From positions 868,001-932,000 of the forward strand of contig NW_003314261.1 in NCBI RefSeq assembly GCF_000143415.4: a DNA stretch of 64,000 bases, given 5' to 3'. Source of the DNA: Selaginella moellendorffii (taxonomy: Eukaryota; Plantae; Lycopodiophyta). The notes under the pieces are model-generated. The model had not been told where the DNA came from, searched no databases, and saw only the letters and a program-made list of their open reading frames with translations. Position 1 is the stretch's first letter, and every line of letters starts with the position of its first letter. Below are positions 12,121 through 22,428 of this stretch, one piece after another. A program made the position numbers and the translations under genes.

Positions 12121-12398
12121 CCCTTCTCCGGCGCTCAATGTTCTCTCTCCAGGAGAGGCGGGATTAAACTTAGGTACCGGATCAGATCTCTGGGAGCTCC
12201 TAGGGTTCCTGGGTTTCTGTCACACGGCGGATGAGCTTACTGGCTATGGCGCCGATCGATATCAGGCAAGTCGAGGCAGGGATTTTGATGCGCTACGGGC
12301 TCGCGATGGCCGCATTGAGCTGAGATCACAGCCTGTGTGATCGAGGTGAAAATTCTCTGGGGCGTGGAGAATCCAGGCACTCGTCATTGCATGGGAGA

Positions 12399-15300
12399 AT
12401 GTCGCTTTTCCGCCGATTTTTCTACAGGAGGCCCCCCGATGGGCTCCTGGAGATATCCGAGAGGGTTTTTGGTAAGCACTCGCTCGCCCTCGATCCATTC
12501 CAATCTCCATTCCCAGCGCATTGATCCATTCTTTTGTGAAATCCAGTCTTTGACTCGTGCTTCTCCACGGACGTCTTCGAGGAGGAGACTTACAAGCTCT
12601 ACTTGCGCCAGATCGCGATGCAAATCCACGAGCAGTTCCCCGATTCGTCCTTCCTCGTCTTTAACTTCCGGGAGGGCGAGAGGAAGAGCCAGCTGACAGA
12701 GATGTTATCGCAATACGATATGACGGTGATGGACTATCCACGCCAGTACGAGGGCTGCCCGATTCTTCCCATGGAGATGATCCATCACTTCCTGCGATCC
12801 AGCGATAGTTGGCTCTCGCTCGAGGGGCAGCAAAACATCGTCCTGATGCACTGCGAGAGGGGGGGATGGCCGCTGCTGGCGTTCATTCTCGCCAGCTTTC
12901 TCATCTACAGGAAGATGTACACGGGCGAATTCAAGACGCTTGATATGCTCCACCGGGAGGCTCCCAAGGGATTGATGCAGCTGCTCACTCCGCTCAATCC
13001 GATGCCATCGCAGCTGAGATATCTCCAGTACGTTGCTAGAAGGAACAACTCTCCAGAGTGGCCTCCCCCGGATCGCTCGCTCAGCCTCGACTGCCTCATT
13101 CTCAGAGTGGTGCCAGCTTTCGATACCGAGGATGGATGCCGGCCCCTCGTCCGGATTTATGGAAGAGATCCCCGATCGAAAGCAGGGAACAGGACGACGA
13201 GGATGCTCTTTGCCTTGGGAAAGAAGAGCAAGTCTGTCCGGCATTATCGACCGGTAAGGTGGTGAGCTTGTTTTCTTTCTCTTGCTTTGATCAGTAACGC
13301 TCTTGTGTGTTCCAGACAGATTGTGATGTGATGAAGATCGATGTACAGTGTGCCGTGCAAGGGGACGTGGTTCTCGAGTGCATTCACTTGGACTTGGAGT
13401 CGGACCGGGAGGAGATGATGTTCCGGGTCATGTTTAACACGGCGTTCATCCGCTCCAACATCCTGATGCTCAACCGGGACGACATTGACATACTCTGGAA
13501 CGGGAAGGAGCGCTTCTCCAAGGACTTCCGAGCAGAGGTAAGGAAGCAAAGCTGAACCAATTTTGGCAAAATCAATCTTTTCCTTTTAGGTGCTTTTTGG
13601 CGAGACGGATGGATTTTCGTCCCCTGTGGCGCCTGTGCCGTCGCTGATGGAAGAGAAAGGTGGCTTGCCGATGGAAGCTTTTGCCAAGGTCCAGGAGCTC
13701 TTCAGTAGCGGGGACTGGTTAGACGGTGGCGGAGACGCGGCATTGAAGTTCCTCCAGCAGCTGACCACGGTTGGCAATGGATTTGAGGACAGGAGACTTC
13801 CGATGGATCGAGCAGCACTAGCGGCAGTGGACGACGAGTGGACACTTATTTCCAGCAGCACTACCTCCTCCACCATCGCCACCGCGACACCCCTAACCGA
13901 CGATCAAAACGGGACAAGTCCAACGTCATCGTCTAACCCTAGCTTCGCACCAGGTACTCCTTCGCCACCTCCACCTCCGCCTCCTCCACCACCTCCGAGG
14001 TTGGCTATTTCGCGTTCTCCACCTCCTGCTCCACCACCACCACCACCACCACCAGTAGTTTCTGTTGCCGGTCGTCCCCCTCCTCCGCCTCCTCCACCAC
14101 CTCCGTTCAAGCTTCCAAGTTCTACTGCAAAGCTGCCACCGCCACCGCCGCCTCCGCCTCCTCCGCCGCTGCCTCGAGGGAATTCAACTGCCCCACCGCC
14201 GCCGCCTCCGCCACCGTTGCCTAGAGGGAATTCAGCTGCACCACCTCCTCCGCCTCCTCCACCGCCACGTGGCAATACCGCTGCGCCACCTCCACCGCCA
14301 CCACCTCTTCCACAAGCTGCGAGGCCTCTAGCTTCATCAAGCTCACCACCGCCGCCGCCACCGCCGCCGCTGCCTCCACCGGGAATGCGAGGCACTCCTC
14401 TGCCTCCACCTCCGCCTTTTAAAGGACCGCCTCCACCTCCGCCGCCTCCTCCCGGATCAGCAGCTCCGCCGCCACCGCCGCCTCCTCTCGGTGTGAAGTC
14501 ACCATTGCCTGGTGTACCACCTCCTCCGCCACCTGCATTGGGGAGAGGACGAGGTAGTAGTCCTTTGACACCTTCGCCTCCTGGTGGTCGAGGCCGAGGA
14601 CAGGTTGCTGGTGCTTCGGGTCTGGCATCTGCTACGCCGAAGAAGACCTCTCTGAAGCCATACCACTGGGTAAAGGTTACACGGGCTATGCAGGGCAGTC
14701 TATGGGCGGAGAGTCAGAAGCAGGAAGAGCAGTCAAGGTGTGTCTTGTGGTCTTTTTCTTTTGTTACATGTGCTCACAATTTCTTTTTGTTGCGTGATAG
14801 GCAACCTGAATTTGACATGAACGAGCTAGAGAGCCTCTTCTCGGCCGCTGTTCCGAATGCTGCTGCGGGTGGTGACAGAGCGGGTGGTCGTCGTGCATCT
14901 CTAGTTCCCAAGCAGGAAAAAGTGCTCCTGGTAAGCTGCCTTTTGTAGTCGAAGCGGAGGCCTCACTATTGTTTTATTCAGATTGAACATAGACGGGCGT
15001 ACAATTGCGAGATAATGCTGACAAAAGTGAAGATGCCACTGCCAGAAGTTGTTGTAAGTTGCTCTCTACATTATGCAATGTGGTTTTTACTTGAGCACTC
15101 AGAAAGCAATACTAGCGTTGGATGGGGCAGTACTGGATGTAGATCAGGTTGATAATCTGATCAAGTTTTGTCCAACAAAGGAGGAGATGGAAACGCTCAA
15201 GGTTTTATTTCCAGATATGATCTTGCCATCTAACTTACACGCTGGTGGTTTTGCAGAACTACACGGGCGATAAAGAATGCCTGGGCAAATGTGAGCAGGT

Positions 15301-16596
15301 TTGTTCCGCTTTGTCCGAAACAGTATCGTTTACTAGACAATATGTTTGCTTTTGCAGTATTTCCTGGAGATGATGAAAGTTCCTCGGGTAGAGTCCAAAT
15401 TGAGGGTTTTTTCTTTTAAACTTCAGTTCACGTCGCAGGTTTGGTGAAAATTATTTTGTCTACCCTTTCAAACGTTGGTATCAGGTGTCAGATTTACGAG
15501 AAAATCTGGTAGTAGTCAATGAAGCTTCAGCAGAGGTAATTTCGCACTCTTCTTGTATGTTGCCTGAAGCCGGATTCTTGCAGGTGAAAGAGTCTCCTAA
15601 GCTTAAAAGAGTGATGCAAACGGTTCTGTCCCTGGGAAATGCGTTAAACCAAGGAACTGCTAGAGGTAAGCAGAGTGCCCGGGAGCTTGAGCTAAGTAAC
15701 AAGTGTGGCTGTTGTTCCAGGGGCGGCGATTGGATTCAGACTCGATAGTCTACTTAAGCTGACAGAAACTCGAGCTCGTAATTCTAGAACTACGTTATTA
15801 CATTATCTGTGTAAAGTAAGTTAGGTGCAACTGTTTTGGCTTGGCTGACACGTGACACTGGTGGCAGATTGTATCCGAGAAAATGCCCGAAATACTTGAT
15901 TTCGACAAGGAATTGCCTCACCTTGAGGCAGCCACCAAGGTTCTTATATTTCATACTCCAGTATTTGTGTCTCGGTTTTCTGACCTGTGTTACAGATTCA
16001 ATTGAAGGCTCTTGCAGAAGAAATGCAAGCCGTAAGCAAGGGCCTGGAAAAGGTTGAGCAGGAATTGACAGCGTCTGAAAACGATGGAGCCGTCTCTGAT
16101 GGGTTTCGGAAGGTGATGTCTGCCTGCTTTGCGTGCATTGTCCTAATGTTTTCCATGGACGCACAGAGCTTGAAGAGTTTCCTTGATACAGCGGAGGCGG
16201 AGGTGAGAACACTGGCGTCTTTGTACTCTGAAGTGGTAAGAGATGTTAAGTTTGTATGAATGGCTCGTTGAAAGCATTGTCACTTTGCAGGGCCACAATG
16301 CCGATTCCTTGGCGCGCTACTTCAATGAAGATCCCGCTCGCTGTCCATTTGAGCAAGGTACTTAACCATTTGGTCTATATGCACTTGATTTTACAAACGT
16401 CTGTTGGATTTGGTTCGCAGCGGTGTCGATCATTTTTAATTTCATCGTGATGTTCAAGCGTGCATTGGAAGAGAACAGCAAGCTAGCAGAGATGGAAAGG
16501 AAGAAGGCTGAGAAGGAGGCCGACAAAGACAAGGTTCTCCCGCTGAGAAGAGAGCTGGATGGGCTACTGTCGCCCCGGCGAAGCAGGATAGCGTGA
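12399..16596 (+). CDS. Class II formin (PTEN-like/C2, FH1, FH2), multi-exon
   Basis: Exon 1 encodes MSLFRRFFYRRPPDGLLEISERVF. The PTEN-like domain has HCERGGW and PSQLRYLQY; C2 has FRVMFNTAFIRSNIL; FH1 is a long polyproline tract; FH2 has LKPYHWVKVTRAMQGSLW, RRAYNCEIMLTK and LSLGNALNQGTARG. TGA at 16594-16596. Confidence 0.96.
13960..14535 (+). repeat. FH1 polyproline (CCN)n low-complexity tract
   Basis: More than 10 poly-Pro runs, including three PPPPP(L)PRGN(S/T) units. Confidence 0.9.
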
Positions 16597-16753
16597 CCAT
16601 TTAAGTCGGAGATTTTGAAAGGGGGTCTTTGTTTGTACATTCTTCCGGATAGATTATTGACACGAAGAAGATTTTTGAAGAAAAGAAATTCAATGATACG
16701 TTTCCAAGGCCCTACTAAGAACGTTAGGGTTTTCATGCAGAAGGGTTTAGAGC

Positions 16754-18307
16754 ATGGCAGAAGAAGAAGCACGATACAGGGTAAGCTCCTTTGCTGCGCG
16801 TGCAGTTTTACAAGTGCTCCGAGAGCCTCAAGGAGGCAATATGCTATGGAATGATGGAGATGGGCCTTTGTTGAATGCCAAGAATTTCCTTGGTAGACCA
16901 TTTATGCCGCCGCTCATCAGCAGCAACGTGCGGGTGGACACCTTCACTGATTGGGGAGTTGGACGGGAGTTATTCCCATCCAAGCTCTATGTATGGCACA
17001 ACATCCATGAGCTGGTCGATCGTTTTGTTGCAAGAGAGATCAATGATACGGAGGAGGTCCTTTTTGTGCCCAATCGGGATCGACAAGTTCATCCTGTGGA
17101 TTCTCCAGGTGCGATGGCGAGAGTCCTCAGCTCCCAACTCGTCCAGCGGCTGCCGGGGGCAATCCGTCGAGTAGGCTTGGTTCCCGAGGTTAATGTACTG
17201 TTGACAGGCAGTGATCGCAGCGTGAAACCTCGAGGTTGTCTCGTGGGAGTAATTCATTTGGAGCTTGAAGGGCTGTGCGTGCGAGACATTGCTACAAATC
17301 TGGAACGTGGCTCTTCCTTTAGAGAAGCTGTGGAGAGGGTTTATTGTTACTGTGAGCAGTGGAAGACAGACTATGCAGTGATTATTGGTGCATGCCATCT
17401 GTGGTTTTGCGTCAGGCATGGCTACAATGGCTTTGCTATAGCTGAACCGATGAAGATCTCTGAGGTGCCAATGAAGCACTTCTGGTACGTTATCTTCTCT
17501 AGTGTGGTCAATGCCACTGAGTTGCCTCTGCAAGACGATCAGGACAATTGCGAGGAGCTCACAATGGTGCCTCCCCCTCATCATGTGATGCTGCCAAAGG
17601 ATTTCAACAAGTTTGTCAAGCGCAACATGAAGCACTTGGCAAGCGAGTTGGCATACATCTCCATGGCCAAAGTGCACAAGAAGCTGAAGTCTTGGAGGTT
17701 TGGGGAGTTTTATAGGGACTTTCGGCAGGGAATGGTGCTGTCACCAAATGTGGCAAGAGCTGTGTACAGAGGATCTGAGAAGGTGGTGGTGAAAATAGTG
17801 GACATGTCTCAACCAGGTTCAAAGCTAGGTGCTGCTATGTTGTTTGTTCGGGAGATCCTCATGTATTCCAGGCTCAAATCCATGCAGGGTCGTGGAGTTC
17901 CCAAGCTCTTAGAGTATGGCGTCCTCAATGGGGATATGTTCTCAGTGATTGTCATGTCCGACGAAGGTGATAGCACTCTTCCTTCCCAAACATATCCCCA
18001 TCTCAAAGAGCCTGCCACAAGGGTGTTGCGAGAGATCTACCAGTGTGGTGCTTATCATGGAACTTTTGAGGCATCAGATGTTGTGGTCTCTGTGGACGGT
18101 GATCTGCCACCCAAAGTTAGCATCGTGGGCTTCTCCTTGGGCGGCATTGTCTCGATTGAGCATAATCCTTGGAAGGATGAGCTGAGTTGTGTCATGTCAA
18201 CTATCGGGATCACAGAGGATTCATCATCGGAAGAAGATGGCGCTGAGGATGTGGAGGAAGGCCAGAGTGAAGATTACTATTCTAGCGTGGAAAGCCCCTA
18301 TAGGTAG
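16754..18307 (+). CDS. Intronless orphan: degenerate REase-fold + pseudokinase protein (copy 1)
   Basis: 517 aa ORF with a paralogue at 46953-48470. The C-terminus has kinase-like VVVK, REILMY..L..MQGRGVPKLLEYG, YHGT and IVGFS. The middle has ERVYCYC...YAVIIG...WFCVR. Confidence 0.8.
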   Translation: MAEEEARYRVSSFAARAVLQVLREPQGGNMLWNDGDGPLLNAKNFLGRPFMPPLISSNVRVDTFTDWGVGRELFPSKLYVWHNIHELVDRFVAREINDTEEVLFVPNRDRQVHPVDSPGAMARVLSSQLVQRLPGAIRRVGLVPEVNVLLTGSDRSVKPRGCLVGVIHLELEGLCVRDIATNLERGSSFREAVERVYCYCEQWKTDYAVIIGACHLWFCVRHGYNGFAIAEPMKISEVPMKHFWYVIFSSVVNATELPLQDDQDNCEELTMVPPPHHVMLPKDFNKFVKRNMKHLASELAYISMAKVHKKLKSWRFGEFYRDFRQGMVLSPNVARAVYRGSEKVVVKIVDMSQPGSKLGAAMLFVREILMYSRLKSMQGRGVPKLLEYGVLNGDMFSVIVMSDEGDSTLPSQTYPHLKEPATRVLREIYQCGAYHGTFEASDVVVSVDGDLPPKVSIVGFSLGGIVSIEHNPWKDELSCVMSTIGITEDSSSEEDGAEDVEEGQSEDYYSSVESPYR

Positions 18308-18405
18308 TTCTTGCTAGATTTCATTGAGTTGAATTCACTAGTTTTTCTTGGTAGATTTCATTGAGTTGGATTTGCTCTTGCACGGCACACTGTACATCGA
18401 TCTTC

Positions 18406-18589
18406 TGTTATGAAATGGGGATACCCAGCCTTGTGAGCGCAGCAGCGCTCCATGCTGGGTCCACCTTTATTGCGGAAGACGGATCAAGAACAGAATGTGT
18501 CGGGCGTGATCACCTACAGAACCTAAACGGATGTGTCCCTTCTGCTGACGTGGCATCCCAGCTTGAGATTGCGGCTTAAGTCCTCAACA
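18406..18589 (-). repeat. Copia 3' LTR
   Basis: Reads identical to 22245-22428 and adjoins the PPT. Confidence 0.95.
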
Positions 18590-21500
18590 CTCCCACTCGA
18601 GCTAAGCTGGGATCAGCCTCGAGCAACTGTACACCAAGAGCTTGGACATGCTTGGAGAATGCAGCTAGGGGCAGAGCTTTTGTGAAAACATCTGCCACCT
18701 GATCTCCCGTCGCACAATACACTAGCTCCATTGTCTCCATGGCAACCTGCTCACGAATAAAATGAAACTGTACCTGTATGTGCTTGGTACGTCCGTGATA
18801 CTTCGGGTTCTTCGTCAAGGCAATTGCTCCCTGATTATCACAGAAGATAATCGTTGGAGTCTTCTGTGGATAATATACTCCACTCAATAGTTGCCTCAGC
18901 CAAACACACTCTTTGGCTGCTAAGGTAGTGGCCACGTACTCAGCTTCGGTGCTTGATAGTGCAATTGTTGGCTGCCTTTTACTGCACCAAGTAACTGCTC
19001 CACTACCAAGGCTGAACATATAGCCTGAAGTGGACTTCCTCTTGTCAACTTCACCAGCCCAATCAGCATCTAAGTATCCAACGAGCTGAATACCCCTAGG
19101 CTGCTGCTTGTAAACAAGACCATAGTTGGCAGTCCCCTTCAAGTATCTGAAAATCCGCTTTACTGCTAACCAGTGCTGGTAGCCAGGATTTTCCAAGTGC
19201 TGTGAAACTGCTCCCACTGCATAGGCTATGTCTGGCCTCGTACACACCATCAGGTACACTAAGCTTCCCACCATCTGCCTATATGGGATCCGCTTCATAT
19301 GTTCCTCCATAGGTGTGGTTGCTGGGTTCAGCTCACTGAGTTGAAACCTCTGAAGCACGTCCAGAATGTACTTCTTCTGAGACATCTGAATCACTCCCTT
19401 CCTCCTGTCTCGGAAGATCTGAATGCCAAGGCAGTAGTGAAGAGGTCCCATGTCAACCATCTTGAATCGGCACCCCAAATCCAGCTTCAACTGCTTCATG
19501 GTAGCACCTTCACTTGAGAAAAGGATGCAGTCATCCACATAGAGAGCTATCATGGCTCGAAATTCTCCCACTCGCTTCAAGTACACGTTACTGTCAGCTG
19601 AAGTCTTGGAGAACCCCAAACCCAAGAGATAAGCGTCCATTTTCTCGTACCAGGCCCTGGGTGCTTGTTTAAGGCCATATAAAGCCTTCTTCAACCGGCA
19701 CACTAAATGTTCCTTCCCTGGAACAACAAAGCCCTCTGGTTGCGAGATAAAGACCTCCTCATGTAGATCTCCATTCAGAAAAGCTGTGGTGACGTCCATC
19801 TGCTCGACTTCCAAGTTTTCTTGAGCAGCAATGTTCAGCAACATCCTGATCGATGCATGTTTCACCACTGGTGAAAATGTTTCTGCAAAGTCCACTCCTT
19901 CTACTTGAGAAAATCCTCGAGCTACAAATCTGGCCTTGTAACGATCAATAGAGCCATCTGGCTTATACTTGATCCGGAACAGCCACTTTGTACTCACGAT
20001 TCTTCTGCCTGTAGGAAGCTCCACCAAGTCCCACGTTTCATTTTCCATCAAAGATTGATACTCTAGGAAAATTGCATGCTGCCACTCTGCTGCATTTGGA
20101 CCAGCCAAGGCTTCTTGCAGGGTCTTGGGTACTGTGGCTTCTGCTTGGTGAAAGAGTGCTAGAAAGTCGAGTTCCATGTCCTCAGAAGGAACTTCCTCCT
20201 GCTGCTGGGACGGTGAGCTTGCAGCATAATAAAATGCTGCTGAGGTTACTGGAGGTGGCTCAGATGCACTGCGATCACGAGCTGCTCTGGCTTCAACTCT
20301 AGAAGCCTCAAGAGCCTGCTTTAATGCCACATCCTCTCTGTACTGCTGTCCTTGTTCAGTCAAGACACGAACACGACTGGATCTACGAGGTGCTGCTGCT
20401 TCCTGCTGCTGGCTGCTTTCCTGCTGCTGGCTGCTCTCACTAGAGCTGCCTTCCTCGAAATTGAGAGAAGGTGAGAGATCTGAGACACTCCTTGGAAGAG
20501 TTCGGCCTGCCCTGGGAGGAACTTGAGCCACGACTCCACCTCCACCTGTAGCTGCTCCGCCTGAGTGTGCACGCTGCCGTCGAGAGGCATCTTCCTCCTC
20601 GCTGTCGCTATCCTCAATTAGGGTTTGCTTACCACTAATGAGTAACGGCATCTGCTGCGAGGTGGTTGCTAGCTGGTTCTTGGTGTTGTACATCTTAGAC
20701 TCGTCGAAGATGACATTCCTGCTCGTGATCACCTTCCTGGTGTTCAGGTTGAAGAGCTTGTAACCCTTCATCTTGCTTGCATAGCCAAGGAGAATGCACT
20801 TCTCACTTCTACTGTCCAGCTTCTTGGGCTCGTCCTTGAGTGCATAAGCTACACACCCAAAGATCCTGAGATGGCTCACGTCTGGTGCCTTCCCATACCA
20901 CACCTCATAAGGTGTTCGTCCCTTGACAGCAGAAGTAATCAGCCTATTCCTCAAGTAGGCTGCTGTCTTCACAGCATCACACCAAAAGAAATTTGGCATG
21001 CCTGCATCTTGCAAGATCGCTCGTGCCATCTCCACAAGAGTTCGGTTCATCCTCTCAGCCACGCCATTTTGCTCAGGAGTTGAAGGCACTGAAAGTTGCC
21101 GCTTAATTCCAGCTTGCTCACAGAACTCCTTAAAGGCGTTAGAGGTGAACTCTCCACCACCATCACTTCTCAGCATCTTGATTTTTCTGCTTGTCTCAAG
21201 CTCCGCTTGCAGCTTGTAGACCTTGAAAGCTTCAAAGGCCTCTGACTTGTGCAGCAAAAACTTCACTGCTACCATCCTTGAAAAATCGTCGATGAATGTG
21301 ACAAAGTATTTCTTCTTTGTCCTTGACATGGTCTGCATTGGGCCACATAGATCAGAGTGTACCAGCTCCAGGACATCCTTCCCTCTTTCACTTACACCTG
21401 AGCGAAATGGAAGGCGATGCTGCTTACTGAGGACACAAGGCTCACAAAATCCAGCTGATGATGGAGCAATGTTCAGTCCTCGGACAAGTTGTCCTCTTGC

Positions 21501-21640
21501 TAGCTGCTGTACTCTCTTGATGGAAGAGTGGCCTAATCTCCTGTGCCAAGTGTCTAGTGTAGCTGGTTTGTCTTCCACGCTGCTACTGAGCATTAACCTC
21601 TCAGGATACACCACTTCAGCATTCAGGCAATAGAGCCCGT
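18576..21640 (-). CDS. pol: Copia pol (integrase, RT, RNase H), open frame, protease absent
   Basis: WHRRLGH...CEPC, HSDLCGP, RSDGGGEF, QNGVAERMNR, YKARFVARGF, LYVDD, DADWAG, CDNQGA and ADVFTK. The first in-frame ATG is at 21593. Confidence 0.92.
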
Positions 21641-21659
21641 GTGAAGAACGATCCTGAAG

Positions 21660-22230
21660 ATGGGGAGTGTGCGCGACGCCATAGAGATCTTTGATGGCAA
21701 GGATTTCAGCGGATGGCAGGAGCAACTCGAGTACTACTTTATGCAGAAGGAGCTGTGGCCAGTGGTCGACGGTTCCTGGACGCGCCCTCCCACAACGGAC
21801 AAGGCTGACCGCAAAGAGTGGGATGGAAAGAACATCAAGGCCTTGGGCATTCTAGGCAGAGGCCTGGGCAAGGTGTTCAGTTGCCATCTCGACATCACGA
21901 AGACTGCGCACGAGAACTGGGAAAACCTGAAAGCAACCCTCGGAAAGGAGAATGAGACCACATTGCTGGACTTAGAGACAGAACTCGGTTCTGTAAGACA
22001 GCATGAAGGTGAGTCCATTCAAGCCTTTGTTGGAAGGTTGAGGAAGGTAGCAAGCCAGATCGCACGCATCACGAAGACACCAGTGAGTGAACCGAAGCTC
22101 AAGTCGGTTGTCATCAAAGGCGTGGCGAAGTATCTTCTGACAACAGCGACTACTCACTCGTCAAAGAAATTTGACGAAATGGTCCTTCAGTTGAAGTCAG
22201 CAGAGAACTTGATGGAGACCAATGAGGGAG
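21660..22230 (+). CDS. gag: Copia gag (N-terminal/capsid part), antisense to its own element
   Basis: MGSVRDAIEIFDGKDFSGWQEQLEYYFMQKELWPVVDG...EWDGKNIKALGIL...TAHENWENLK...QHEGESIQAFVGRL is a Copia gag signature. No zinc knuckle. The frame stays open through the PBS and LTR to 22418. Confidence 0.9.
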
Positions 22231-22244
22231 TAGCTCTGATACCA

Positions 22245-22428
22245 TGTTATGAAATGGGGATACCCAGCCTTGTGAGCGCAGCAGCGCTCCATGCTGGGTC
22301 CACCTTTATTGCGGAAGACGGATCAAGAACAGAATGTGTCGGGCGTGATCACCTACAGAACCTAAACGGATGTGTCCCTTCTGCTGACGTGGCATCCCAG
22401 CTTGAGATTGCGGCTTAAGTCCTCAACA
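22245..22428 (-). repeat. Copia 5' LTR
   Basis: Adjoins the tRNA-iMet PBS and is followed by TSD TCTTC. Confidence 0.95.

Larger units (their letters stand above)
18406..22428 (-). mobile_element. Ty1/Copia LTR retrotransposon (4023 bp) with inverted gag and no protease
   Basis: 184-bp TG...CA LTRs at 18406-18589 and 22245-22428; TSD TCTTC at 18401-18405 and 22429-22433; PBS TGGTATCAGAGC (rc, ending 22244); PPT GAGTGGGAG (rc of 18590-18598); IN-RT-RH domain order. Confidence 0.97.

Noticed and set aside
13904-14395. Gly-rich minus-strand ORF
   Set aside because: Reverse complement of the FH1 polyproline tract.
21641-21725. N-terminal extension of the 1049-aa pol ORF
   Set aside because: It begins at a non-ATG codon and reads antisense through the inverted gag, so it is not native pol sequence.
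22233-22244. tRNA-like sequence TGGTATCAGAGC (also at 30328 and 32398)
   Set aside because: These are primer-binding sites complementary to the tRNA-iMet 3' end, not tRNA genes.
22231-22418. C-terminal 60 aa of the 252-aa gag ORF
   Set aside because: Chance read-through of the PBS and LTR in antisense; the same peptide appears at 18406-18579.
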